Virus record (IMG/VR): IMGVR_UViG_3300030419_008000
Span: 1 to 60,947 of that record
DNA length: 60,947 bases
Direction: 5' to 3' (one strand)
Source: a virus
Taxonomy: Duplodnaviria; Caudoviricetes
The position numbers and the translations under genes are program-made. Below the pieces are notes generated by a model. The model did no database searches, had not been told where the DNA came from, and saw nothing but the letters and a program-made list of their open reading frames with translations. How positions within the stretch are numbered: position 1 is the first letter of the stretch; each line of letters opens with the position of its first letter. Shown here piece by piece: positions 9,356 through 21,400 of the stretch.

Positions 9356-11110
9356 TTAAGGAACGCTAGGTGGCCATGCAGAGCCGCCAGTTGTTCTCAT
9401 GTGGGTGGACAATGTTCCCAAGTCTAATACTTCACCAGCCGTAGCTTCGAGCACTGACACTGTAAACTCTGAAGCAAATTGAGCAGCTGTATAGAGCCTA
9501 TGTCCTTGATAAACGTTTTCTTCTACTTGCTCAGGATCTTCGCCTGGGTTAATTGCATAATCAACTGTCGTGGAAACTAAATAAGGTGCCGGCACGTTTT
9601 CTGTCACACCTCCAAGCGTTGGGACGCCGGCTGATCCGATGGTCACTTCTGGGTTAAAACTGTATACTTCAAATAGTGCCCGTCCGCGGTCGGTGGTGGC
9701 GGTCGCGCCTCCGGCAGTACCGCCTGCCGTGAAATATAAAATATTAGCGATATCGATGCGTGCATGAAAAGTGTCTGTCCAAATATTGTCACTACCGGTA
9801 GCGGAGTCAGTACCTACGAGGGTGATCCCTGCATAATCAGTATAATTGGATGCCCTTCCAGTGGGCCAATAAACGACATCATGAACGCCATTAATTATAC
9901 ACCACAAATCGTCACCACTGTCCCAAGAATTGGGGTACGATGCATCTCCATATTTTTCATATACAATATCCTGTCCGCCGGCATACGCAGAGCCCAGATT
10001 TCTAGTCCAATATTTTAAACGATGCGGTATATAATATATGTGATCCGGATCAAAAGTATCGCGGCCATCGTGACAGACTGAATAATCCTCTCCAGTAGCC
10101 GGATCCATTCCTCTCATTGGAATTACTGGGCCGGTGGCCACCATAGTGCCGGTCGAGCCGCCGCAAGCATACCCGGGTGAAGATGCATTTGCAGGGTATA
10201 TGACGGGATCTGTGCCGTATGTACCAGTTCCGGAGGCAATAGAATTAAAATATTCGGCGTTTTCTATTGCAGATTCAGCCATAGCGTCCATCAATGAATA
10301 CAAAGTGCTAAAACCTTCGTCTGTCTCAGAGGTAGCTGTTCCAGTTTCAGCCGAGGGGTCAGGTACCTGACCTGCTCTATAAGTCCCCGTTCCTGTTGTG
10401 TAGTAGTACCCTGTATACAGAGCCATAGATGTTGTATATTCATATGAAAAGGTCATTGTTAATTCAATCGGCGTTCTGGTCGGATTCATACCATCAACAA
10501 GATGATATGTTATGTCAACGTCCTCTGTTTGAATTATAGGATAATACAATATTGTATCGACAGGCACGCCAGAAGATGTTGTAACGCCTCCATCGGTATA
10601 TTGGTTCGCTTGCACAACCATTGCCTCAAGAGTGTCTTCAATTTCATCCGGGCCTAAAAGAAAATATCTATCAACTGTTACCAGTTCAAATTCTCCCAAC
10701 TCATCATTAGACCAACCGTAAGCTTCAATAAAAGCTTGAAAATCTACTGTATATTCAATATTGGTACTTGACCACACAACTTCGCCACCTAAACCATCGA
10801 CACCTTCACGCTCCTCAAGCTCTGGAGATATTAGCATGTTCAACGATGACAATCGACACAACACTGTACGGCCAGAAGCAACAATGTCTTCGTAGGTGCT
10901 AGCTATTAATGGTTGCCACTTGTCAGAATTAAAATCATAACCAAATTCCTCAGTATAAGAAGGGGCTACCTCTGCTGTGGAACCGTCTGGCATGTCAACC
11001 AGCTCAAGCTCGTCTAAATCGAATCCCATCAAGACATCAATTCTCTGCAGGCTGTAAAGCAGATATCCATCGGTTTCTAAACTCCAAAGTTCAACATCAG
11101 CCATCATCAC
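9356..11110 (-). CDS. very acidic, Thr/Gly/Tyr-rich hypothetical protein (584 aa)
   Basis: ORF track; very few Lys; overlaps the upstream gene. Confidence 0.65.
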   Translation of the reverse strand: MMMADVELWSLETDGYLLYSLQRIDVLMGFDLDELELVDMPDGSTAEVAPSYTEEFGYDFNSDKWQPLIASTYEDIVASGRTVLCRLSSLNMLISPELEEREGVDGLGGEVVWSSTNIEYTVDFQAFIEAYGWSNDELGEFELVTVDRYFLLGPDEIEDTLEAMVVQANQYTDGGVTTSSGVPVDTILYYPIIQTEDVDITYHLVDGMNPTRTPIELTMTFSYEYTTSMALYTGYYYTTGTGTYRAGQVPDPSAETGTATSETDEGFSTLYSLMDAMAESAIENAEYFNSIASGTGTYGTDPVIYPANASSPGYACGGSTGTMVATGPVIPMRGMDPATGEDYSVCHDGRDTFDPDHIYYIPHRLKYWTRNLGSAYAGGQDIVYEKYGDASYPNSWDSGDDLWCIINGVHDVVYWPTGRASNYTDYAGITLVGTDSATGSDNIWTDTFHARIDIANILYFTAGGTAGGATATTDRGRALFEVYSFNPEVTIGSAGVPTLGGVTENVPAPYLVSTTVDYAINPGEDPEQVEENVYQGHRLYTAAQFASEFTVSVLEATAGEVLDLGTLSTHMRTTGGSAWPPSVP

Positions 11111-12197
11111 CCTCCAGTGTTACAATTGCGTTCTTCTTGCCAGTAACTTCATCAACTACCAAATTGTTTGTTGAAATTCCAGGTGGTACTTTTGAGGCAC
11201 TAGACTTTCGAAACATTATTGCTTTTAGCTGATTCGGTAAAGATCTCAGTATCTCAGGGTTTATTTTTCCACTTTTTCTTCGAACCCGGGTCTCTAAAAA
11301 ATTATTCGGATTTGTAATATCAAAGTAGTTTGGGTCTCTATTCTTTCTTAATTTATCCGCTGAATCTTTGCTACGTGGCAAAGTGGCTGAATATTGTTCG
11401 TCTCTTGTAAATTTTGCGCGAGCAATTGCATCCATTAGTGGCATTGCAACACCTGATAAGTCAACTTCTTTTCTAAGATCAATAATGTTTTTATTGCCAG
11501 TTGAGCCATCTTTTTCGCTATCAATTTTGTTATCTAAGTTTTCATACGAAAAGCGCGTAGATTCACCTAAAGACTGTTTAGGATCGGCTAAACCAGGAGG
11601 ACAATTAATGCTTACCTCACGGCCTTTATAATTTTTTGTTTCTAGCGGCTCTGGTGTTTCGTCAAAAGTTACTCCTATTTTTGAAAGGACATCGACTATG
11701 CTTTGGTTTACAGACTGCTGTTCAATCGACAATTCGCTTTCAGGATCATTATTAATGTAGCTGTTCTTGCTTTTACCATCGTGTGTGCGATCTAATTTAT
11801 TTTTCGCCAATTCGGCTTTTAATTCTTGAAACATTCTAGAACTATTGCTCATATTAGCACTTCGAAGATCAAACTCTCTTCCATTAACTCTAATCTTTTT
11901 TGGAGTGATATATGCATATTTAAAAGTATTTGTATCTATCAGAGCAGACAATTCGTCATTGTCAATATCTGGCCTGTGATCTTTAATCTCTGACGAGTTA
12001 ACATTTTGCCCGGTAAAGTTTCTGTCATATTCATCATCCATAAGCGTCTGGAATTGTGAAAATGTAACTTTTCTCATTGAGTTTTTTAAACTTTTGCTTG
12101 AAGTTTTTTTTCCACTATTATCATTGCGAACTTTTTTAATGTTCCTTCTTTGAGTTTTTACTCGTTTTTTTAACGCTCTTTGTGATCTGCGTGACAT
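11097..12197 (-). CDS. hypothetical protein (366 aa) with Lys/Arg-rich N-terminus
   Basis: MSRRSQRALKKRVKTQRRNIKK; AAGGA SD; late-promoter motif at 12216-12222. Confidence 0.7.
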   Translation of the reverse strand: MSRRSQRALKKRVKTQRRNIKKVRNDNSGKKTSSKSLKNSMRKVTFSQFQTLMDDEYDRNFTGQNVNSSEIKDHRPDIDNDELSALIDTNTFKYAYITPKKIRVNGREFDLRSANMSNSSRMFQELKAELAKNKLDRTHDGKSKNSYINNDPESELSIEQQSVNQSIVDVLSKIGVTFDETPEPLETKNYKGREVSINCPPGLADPKQSLGESTRFSYENLDNKIDSEKDGSTGNKNIIDLRKEVDLSGVAMPLMDAIARAKFTRDEQYSATLPRSKDSADKLRKNRDPNYFDITNPNNFLETRVRRKSGKINPEILRSLPNQLKAIMFRKSSASKVPPGISTNNLVVDEVTGKKNAIVTLEGDDG

Positions 12198-12215
12198 TTT
12201 GCCAATCCTTTAACA

Positions 12216-12222
12216 TAAATAG
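12216..12222 (-). promoter_or_regulatory. candidate late promoter CTATTTA
   Basis: Intergenic, ~19 nt upstream of the ATG at 12197. Confidence 0.6.
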
Positions 12223-12239
12223 TTATATATATATTTTAA

Positions 12240-14429
12240 TCAAACAACTGGGTTACCTTCCAAGTCATAACCTTGGATTGTAGTGGTGAGGGTCTCTGAA
12301 CTCTCTGTTTCGGTAACAAGTATGGTACCATGAGACCCATACGTTGGATCAATTGTACCATCATCTTCGGTATATGTGTATGCATCATTATCAAATGTAC
12401 AACAAACTTCAACCTCATTTATAAACGCGGAGGAAATATCCGTCTCTGGATCTTCTAGATAAGCAGTAAAATCATCCAATAATCCAGTCGTATCTATAAT
12501 ATCTTTCAGTATTTTCAACAATGACTCTGCGTGTTTTATAAAATCTAAAATATATTCTGGACTTGCAGTAGAATAAGTTGGATTCATCTTTGCCAACCAA
12601 TTTGTTACAAAAGTTGAAACATCACCAGATAAAAACCCCCAATCTATAAAATATTTATGAAGAACATAAAAATCATAGATTATGCCAAGCAAAGTACCCT
12701 CGAAAGTGTCGATGAGCAAAAATGTAGGACCATAATTCAATTCAATAAATTCGATAAATATTTCATTAAACTCATCTGTGTATTCATGATAGTGGCATGG
12801 CAATATTGAATCATGATAATATCTTTCTAAGATCTTCATTTGCAATCCGAGGTCAGCATACAAATCTATCAAGAATTGCGACATTTCATCTTTAAATGTT
12901 ACACAGATCTTGTACTCAATTGATTGTTCTGTAGTTTGAAGAAAGTCGCTGCAGCCGTTGTTGTATTGCGCTTCTGTAAAAAGATCTATACCCCATGTTG
13001 TAACAGGAGTAGTATTTCTGACCGTATTGGCTGCTATATCCTTTCCAATATCCAAAAAAGATATAACCTGTAGTGGGGAATGATTTTCAGAAGTAAATCC
13101 AAGAAACTCTCCTATTTCTTCAACAAAACCACTCGCATCGCCCTGCGATGCGAAGTCTGAGCTTTCTGTATAAAGGTCCTCATGGGGATAATATGTGGAA
13201 CTTTCAAACACATTGTCACTATAATTCATAGTAGCATAAAGCGTTTCAGTTACTGTAGTGAGCGCCATCGCTCGGCCGAACGTTTTGGTGCCATCCGCCA
13301 TGCTCTCAGAAGTCCTTCTATAAATATCTATTTTTTGTAATTGAATTAATTCTTCATCAACAACAAGTTGACGAAATGTCTCATTAGCTAACATAAAGCC
13401 CATTGGAGATTCAAACCTTACCATTCTCATAAGATCAAAAAACACGATACCTCGCATATGAAGACCATTGTAGAAGTATTGGTCTCGCTCGCCCTGTCGG
13501 GCGGCTAGCACGTCTACTTCTTCAGTATATGATTCTGTCGCTGTCAAATACAGCTTAAAGTGTGAACAATTGTCCGCGTCATATGCATTTTCAGCCACAA
13601 ACATGCCTGTGCCTTCATACAGAGAGCTTTCATCAACTACGCCAGCTGACGCTATATAATTGTCTAAAACAACCATGTATGACCCGTCGCCATAAATTGC
13701 ATTAAAGACTGATGAGGCCATGGCTGCAGGGCCTAGACCAAAATCTCTTGCGATTTCTTGCATATCAATAAAACAAAGAGCAAAATAAGTTATGTGACCT
13801 TCCATGTATTCGCCATCAATTTCAAACTCTGCTCTATATGGCACTCTGTATGTTTTGTTTCTTCCAGGGCCTGGGGCGTCTATCCCGTCTGATAAGACCT
13901 GATCATAAAATTTATCAATACTATTGAACATATTTTGGTTTAATGAAATATCCTCAATATGAAGAAACTTTCCCTCGGCAATTTGTTCAGATTCTGCTAG
14001 CCACAAGGTGTGCACTCTTTGATATTCCGGAGAATCTTCGCCCATCTCATAGTCATCCGGAGAAGGTTCGGCATCCGAAATTAAGCTTACTAGTGTGCTC
14101 CAAAGTCCCATAGCGTCCCAGAACCCGTTAAGAGTTGACAAAGCAGAAGGATTAGCAATTAAATAATCGGTTGCGACAGGAGATAATGATTGCACAATTC
14201 GAAGTTTTACATAATCTGTTAGATCCGGAGCTTTTCTTCCTTCGCCAAAATCGGTAGCTTCGCCTTTAACAAATTGAAACAATTGCGTGTTGACTCCCAA
14301 AGAATCTACTGTATCTGTCAAAAACATATTAACTTCTGTCTTATATGTTACCCCAGAAGCAGAGTCTTCTTCCCCTTCTGAAAAAAGCTTAATTGTGCCT
14401 AGTTCTGGAGCAGGAATTAATCTGGACAT
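12240..14429 (-). CDS. acidic hypothetical protein (729 aa), probably structural
   Basis: ORF track; tail module context; GGGGA SD. Confidence 0.65.
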   Translation of the reverse strand: MSRLIPAPELGTIKLFSEGEEDSASGVTYKTEVNMFLTDTVDSLGVNTQLFQFVKGEATDFGEGRKAPDLTDYVKLRIVQSLSPVATDYLIANPSALSTLNGFWDAMGLWSTLVSLISDAEPSPDDYEMGEDSPEYQRVHTLWLAESEQIAEGKFLHIEDISLNQNMFNSIDKFYDQVLSDGIDAPGPGRNKTYRVPYRAEFEIDGEYMEGHITYFALCFIDMQEIARDFGLGPAAMASSVFNAIYGDGSYMVVLDNYIASAGVVDESSLYEGTGMFVAENAYDADNCSHFKLYLTATESYTEEVDVLAARQGERDQYFYNGLHMRGIVFFDLMRMVRFESPMGFMLANETFRQLVVDEELIQLQKIDIYRRTSESMADGTKTFGRAMALTTVTETLYATMNYSDNVFESSTYYPHEDLYTESSDFASQGDASGFVEEIGEFLGFTSENHSPLQVISFLDIGKDIAANTVRNTTPVTTWGIDLFTEAQYNNGCSDFLQTTEQSIEYKICVTFKDEMSQFLIDLYADLGLQMKILERYYHDSILPCHYHEYTDEFNEIFIEFIELNYGPTFLLIDTFEGTLLGIIYDFYVLHKYFIDWGFLSGDVSTFVTNWLAKMNPTYSTASPEYILDFIKHAESLLKILKDIIDTTGLLDDFTAYLEDPETDISSAFINEVEVCCTFDNDAYTYTEDDGTIDPTYGSHGTILVTETESSETLTTTIQGYDLEGNPVV

Positions 14430-15484
14430 TCTTTATCCCCTATTTCATCATAAGTGTAAATATCGTAGAATTTGCCTCGGGGATCCTCTTCGCAATGCAC
14501 GGGAGAGTCTACAAGATACCCTGCAGACTTAAGATTTCCAACTGCCTCGCAAATTTCGTCTCTTGTTATCTCATGATCAACCATAACGTCAAAATAGTAC
14601 TCAGACGCAGAAGGACTTTGATTATCATAATCATAGTTTATAATTGCATCATCTAATAACATGCCATTTTTAATAGAAACGGTCTTTTTCAAAAAAGTTA
14701 ATGGCATTAGTTCTGTTTCTTTTCCGCCGTTTGGGTCTTCAATTTCTTCAAACTTAAAAAGCTCTATATCAAAATTCTCCATTTTGAAATCAACATTTAA
14801 CTCAGCAACATCAATTATAAAATAATCTTCTTTTACTCTAATATATGAACCATCTGACCAAATTTTAGAAAACTCCAAAGGAACATTTCCTTCCGATATC
14901 ATACTCAACCCAAGCAAAGATGTGCCAGAGGGCAAATTATAGTCGGTATAGATATTAGGAGCAACATTATTTATGTCTAAAATATGCGTCTTGTACACAG
15001 CCTCAGCCTCAATTTGAGGAATTCTCAACAAAGCGTGCTCTAAAACAGTTTGACCCGGAGTAGATCCCGTTAAATATTCTATATAGCCTTGATTGCTTCC
15101 GGTTAGTTCGCCTCTGTAAACTTTAATATCCCAAGCTGGATTGTGTTCAGTGCCGAGTTGGCAATTTCCCATCTCGCTTAATAATCCATATTTAGACTCA
15201 ATTAGCGGATTATTGTTGGCATAAAAATGTTCGTTATCTCTGAAATCGGCGCCTCGAAAAGTACGTTGCGTTTTTAACACTGGTGTTGCTTCTTGTATGC
15301 GAGGCTCTGTATTGTTTTGATCTTCATGTATAGACTCACCTGCGGACAATTCGGTATTATATAGAATATTATCATCGAAAAAAGCATAAGAATCTGGAGT
15401 GAAATCTCCTATAGAAAGTTTATACCTTCCATATGGAGTTAACTCTATCTCGATTACTTCTTCTTTTTTATCAAAAAACGTCAT
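14417..15484 (-). CDS. virion structural protein (355 aa), N-terminus paralogous to the 300-aa ORF
   Basis: IELTPYGRYKLSIGDF....AFFDDNILY versus AVLTDTGRFRLAKGDNSF...FAPFDDEIDY. Confidence 0.6.
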   Translation of the reverse strand: MTFFDKKEEVIEIELTPYGRYKLSIGDFTPDSYAFFDDNILYNTELSAGESIHEDQNNTEPRIQEATPVLKTQRTFRGADFRDNEHFYANNNPLIESKYGLLSEMGNCQLGTEHNPAWDIKVYRGELTGSNQGYIEYLTGSTPGQTVLEHALLRIPQIEAEAVYKTHILDINNVAPNIYTDYNLPSGTSLLGLSMISEGNVPLEFSKIWSDGSYIRVKEDYFIIDVAELNVDFKMENFDIELFKFEEIEDPNGGKETELMPLTFLKKTVSIKNGMLLDDAIINYDYDNQSPSASEYYFDVMVDHEITRDEICEAVGNLKSAGYLVDSPVHCEEDPRGKFYDIYTYDEIGDKECPD

Positions 15485-15491
15485 TTTTTAA

Positions 15492-18400
15492 TTATCCTTG
15501 TGGTTCAATTTGCTGCGGTAGCGAGCCTGCGCTATTCTTTTGTTTTTTTCGCTTACGACTTCGTTCTCGTTTTGATCCGCGTGTTCTCGGTTTTTTGGCT
15601 GCGGTGTCTTCGATGCGGTTCTCTTCAGGTACTTCCTCTCCGTGTTCTGAAATCTCTACTTCTACCTCTAGCTTGGCCATTTCAATTATTGAAAAATAAT
15701 CATAGGGCCAATTATAAGTATATTCCATTTCTTTTGTTATAAGAGAGTTGCCCTGTTTGTTAATATTGTCATCAAGTTTCGATTTAGTCAACTTGTTGCC
15801 AGAAGCATTAAGAGCAACAATTTGATCAGAATACTTTTGAACTGCTTTTTGTTTTACTTTGAACACCATCCACTGTAAATTGTCGTTCAGAGGTGTGCCG
15901 TCCATAGCCTGTTTGTATCCCATTAACTCTGTTGCAAATAGTTTATGAGATACGGCAGCTTCAGCACTTTTAACAACTGTATGATTTCTAGGTGGCAAAT
16001 TTTGCCACATATAATTCAAATCATTTTTGTCGAACTCGTACTCAAATTCAAAAATATACATCGCGAAAGGCGTGATATCTTCATAAAGTAAGAAGTTCAT
16101 ATTTGGTGGAAAAACATATTTGTCCATTTTTTCAACCATATCCTTAATAGACTGGCCGGCGAGAGCACCGTCAACTACGGCAGCATCAATATATTCTCTA
16201 GGAATCTCAAAGAATTTACGTTTTCCACCAATTTGCAAGAAAGGAACAGCAACAATTGCTTCACTTACAACATTTTTTTCTAAGATTTCACCTAATCTTG
16301 TAGATTCTTTTTTAAATCCAACTAAATCCGCCAAGGATTTCATATCTTTATAAATTTTTGCTGCTTGGCCAGCTGTTTTATTTTTAGTATAAAATCCATT
16401 AGCAACTGCTGCGCGGGGACTATATTTCAAAAAGTTTTTTGGTATATCAGATACTTCTATCTTAATGCCCATATCTTGATTTTCTGGAATTGTTCCAAAC
16501 TGGTGCCACATTCCTCTCGTACAAGATGCAGATAGTTGATTTGACGGGCGCGTAAAAGTATTACTAGTTGTCTTAATTGATCTATTTCCAAACACACCAA
16601 AATTAAGAATTGGGGTTTCTGCCTTCATTTGTATTGTCCAGGCACTTGATAAAGTTTCACGCGTGACAAAATCTTTTCCAGAAGCATTTTGATTTGTATA
16701 TTCTATTTTGTCAACAACTGGTACTTTTTCTAGCGCGAACAAATTCATGCTTGCACTAATTTGCATAGAGTTTTTGTTGATGTTTGCGCCATTTAATGGA
16801 GCATTTGGGTTAGATCCGCTAATAATATATGCATAATCGTTTTCTGCATAAGTGCCCGACCAAGTTGCTCCTGCCTCTCCCTCATCGAATCTTAAATAAT
16901 CCACGGATGCACTGGCCAATATGTCTTTAATTGTGTATGTTTTGCTTTCTTTAACATAAAACACAACATCTGCCCATGCATGACCATCATAGTATGGAGG
17001 AGTATAGGGTGAGTATATGCCGTTTACAAAATCATATCCGCCAACCTTGTGTTCGGCTTCAAAGCTAGCCAGCGCTGATCCATCGGTTCCATGCATTGGC
17101 GGCCCAAAAGCACTTGGACGGCTATACATTGTTAATAACTCAACACCATTTGTATTGGCAACTGTTGCTATTCCATGTTGTGGAAGATCATATTTTATTC
17201 CACCTCTTTCTGACGCTGAGCCGGCGGTTACTCCAATAAACGGTTCAAGGTGCCATGTTCTAGATTTCTTTGTCTGGTTATACATAGCAATTCTCATTCC
17301 ATAGATTTGATTTTTCGTCAAGCTAAGATTCAAGTCGCTATCAGGCAAAGAAGTTATTTTAGTATATGTCTTGTCTCGCAAAAAGAAGTTTGGCACTTCA
17401 CCCCAAAACTGACTGGCCATCATTGAATATTGCGGTCTATGTCGAAGTCCGAATGCCGCTGTTACATGCAAAGAGGCAGATATGTGCGGCTCATTATCAT
17501 AAAGCGGCGTTCCTGCTAGATGAACATGAGGTTCTATAATTGCCTCAAATGGAATTCTTTTATCAAAGGTGGCTTTTTCGTTTGCTAAGCCAGTTTGTTT
17601 ATCAGAACTAAACCCATCACCGGAATTCCAAGAAAAGTTTGCCGCAACGGTCCATGCATGATAATCTGTTGCTGGAACCTGTTGTCTAATGAAGCGGTCA
17701 GGATCTGTCCAGACCGGATAATCACAAGCAACGCCGGCTTTAATTGTGTTATAAAATATTCCCGGTGCAAAGGACCATTGCCATAGTGGCCTAACAGCTG
17801 CCTTCTTTCTTGTAGAATGCTCACCGGTAACATCAGCGCCTATAAGATGAGAGGCTGAATATTGGTTAGCCATTTTTACAGAGTATTGAGCTGGGTAAAA
17901 GTCATCATATGGCATAAATTTGATCGCTGCCTTCATAGTCAAAGAAATTTCAGACGGATCAACCATCTCCTCATGATCATTAATAATAATACCCAAATAT
18001 TTCATTACATCTGAATTTGAAAAAATAGTATAAAAGTTCTCTTGACTACTGTTTTGCGGTACAGAGTTTGAGGTGTTGGGGGTTCCAGGAATTTCAAAAA
18101 GATAAGGATTATCAGCTCTAAAATTTCCGCCGGCAGAATCAAGGTAAAAATCTATATGTTCACTAATTCTAAATTCTGGAATTATTGAATAATCTTTATA
18201 TTGGGCGCGCAAGTCCAAAATATAATCGTCATAATCTTTATACCATGGATCGGTCGAATGAGATACAAAATAATAATCTCCCACAACGTTGGCGCGGCCA
18301 GTTTTAGACAAAGATTCCAAACTTTGTGTCAAAGCCCAATATCCAGCTAAGTCGTTCGCTTCCCATTTTGTAACTCCCAGGGGTACGTTGATTTTTCTAA

Positions 18401-21400
18401 TATCTGCATTAGCTGCTCCAAATGAATCTCCGTACAAATTGTGTGCAATTCCTGCTGCAACTTTATTATCAGAAAGACCCAATAACACCCGACCACTTGA
18501 AGCATTCTTAATTCCAGCAGTAGAAGTTAAAGCTCCGGAAATTGGATTAGTCATAAGCCTTGCATACTGAGGGCCTGCTACAATAAATTTATCAGGATCT
18601 GAATCATCATCAACGCCATGAATTTGACTATATAGGCCAACAAGCTCTCCACCGCCATAATACGAATTTGGCACTGAGAGACCATTCTCATGGTGAATTT
18701 TTACGTCAGTATCACGCACTGTTTTACTACCATCTCCACTGGCTGTAATAAACACTGTCTCATTAGTGTTGGTAGCGCTAAAAATTTTAGGCGCTTCTTC
18801 CAAAGGCCAACAGCTAGCTGATACAATTGGGCCCATAACAATTGGAGTTGAACCTCCTAAAGACTCTCGATCATTTTTGGTGTGGCGCCAAAAATTGTTT
18901 TGATAATCAGTTCGGCCACGATTTCGAGCCATAAACATGTTCAACCCAGACGGCCATACCGTTTCTTTATATCTAAACAGCGAAAAAGAAGTAATTGAAT
19001 TGTTTAACATGGACGGGTCGCGATTCAAATATAGCTCTTTAATTTCATCATATGCTTGTCTAGTAGGCGTAAGTGCGGCATATTTTTCAGCTAATTCTAG
19101 ATCATCAAACCCGGCTAAATTGTTTCCATGTGCTGTTTTAAGTGTAAAATATTCATTAGTATATTCGGCATTAGTTATATTTTTTGTTCCAATTTTTGGA
19201 GTGGCAGCATTTAAGCCAATTATAAATGGATGATACTTCATTGAAACAGCTTGTGTTCCTGATACAAAGTTTTTGATGCCATCGTTTCTAGACGTTTTAA
19301 CTTCGTGGCCATCCACATCTGTAATATGAATTATCTTTCCTGGCTTAAGGACAGAAATATTATTATTGTGCCTATGGTGTAAAGCAATTGGATGTTCGCC
19401 AGTTCTAATTTGTTTAAAAGTTGGATATCCATAAGGTCCATTACGCTGCAATAGTAAAGCATTTAATGTTGAAGCTTGGCCAGTAGCAGAATATCTTTTG
19501 ACCAAGCCTCCACTTGGCTTAAGTGTTCCAGCTGGAACTAGCGGGCCGGCTTCGTTTCCAATATTAATATACCTGCTTACATCTTTGGCCAATGGGTATC
19601 CCAATGTGTTACTGGATGCTGTAATTGGTTCTCTGACATTTGTATTCAATTGTGCGAAAGCAGTTCTTAAATCCCCATCAGCATGAGTTTCACCAAAATC
19701 GCTCACGAACCTTAAACCATTCGACACATAAAACGAACCAAAATCACTTGCACTAACAAAATTAATAGCAGTTACGCGACCTTCGGCAGAGCTTGATATC
19801 ATTCCATCTGCGGGTGCATGGCCAAAGAACGATGGGTTATCCGCAATTGACGCTGTAATCCAAGCGTATCCCAAATCAGATTGTGGAATTGGGTGTTGGA
19901 TCCACCAATTGTCATAAACAGAGGCAGTAACATAGGTTTGTTGCGGATCATTGTCGTCGCCAGAGGCGCCTTTTATAGTTGTTCCCTGACCAGATAATTC
20001 AATTCTTTTAAGTGTGTTTCGTTGAATTTTGTGAAACGCTGGTATCTGAACATAATCACCAGCGGTGACTGATCCGTATTCAGAGTCGCGACCAAACTTT
20101 CCACAATGCCTTGACAATAATGATCTCAATCCATCGCGTTGTGCCCGGGAAGAAGCCGCAGTTCCACTTAAGTGATTCGACATTTTAATCGTTGTGTTTT
20201 CGCCACTTGCACTAGCGCGGACAGATAAGTTTCTAAAATTAATCGAATTATAAACTGAATATTCTTCTGAGGCGATATCCAAATAACCTCTTGTCGAAAC
20301 TTCTGGACCGCCGGGTGCAGAGAACCTAGATGCAATTACTGTTCTATTGCGCGCATTTGCATCTGGACCTAATACACCTCTTTCAGATAGCGTATACATC
20401 GTCGCTATTGAGTTTCCTTGGGCATTGACTCGAAGGCTAACGTTTGACCCGGGGGGACCTCCGAAAGAGTTTCCAAGCTTGTTGTCGGGGTTATCATCAA
20501 TACCAACTGCGACAAGAGTGTGTACATTAGTTGTCTTGCCTAAGCTGTTGCTGTGTAGAAGGTCGGGAAGACGTATTCCGCTATTCTCTTTAAAATATAA
20601 GTTGTTTTCTAATCTACCTGCAGCTTGTACAACTTCATGGTTTTCAGTGTAGTTTCCAATAATTGTTGAACCAGTTTTTTGTTGTATATTTCTAATATTT
20701 ACTGGTCTTTTTGCCAACGGTTCTCTAAAATAAACAGCGCGCTTAGTCTCAATTAATGGATATTTATGTTCGTTGGCCCATGGATAATCAGGTCCAACGA
20801 AACCTAGAGCACCCTGATCATCATAACAATCGGTTGTTGTAACTCCAGATGCTATTGAGGATGACAGCTTATAGAGAAGCAATCTCCAAGCTTCAGGTCT
20901 AGTGTACGGATCATCCAAATTATTTAATGTGCCGGCACCACCAGACGTAACCAATGTTGTATCATATTTATTAATATCAACATGTCTAGATTGGTGGCCG
21001 CCAACATATTTTTCAGTGAAAGGTCCCTGCAACGACGACTCACCCGGGTGTATGTCTCCATAAACATCGTGGTGAATGTTTGTTATAATTGCTCCAGACA
21101 TGAAGCCTCTAACAACATTCTTTTGATATCCCGTTGTTACGTTCGAACTAGCACTGACAACAGTAAGGGGCATAATAAGATGACCTTTAACGTTGTCTAA
21201 GTATGGATCTTTTGTTGATTCCCAGTGGCGTCCGGACCTGACTTGAAAGCTGTATTTTCTCTTAAGAAGTTCTTTTGGTGTTTGCTCATCGTTGATGTCT
21301 TGGAAATTTTTCAATTTTTCAGTGAATGCTAATAAAACATTAACTGGAATTCCAAGACTTGTTACTGGGCCGTGAGGATAAACTTGACTAAACACATAAG

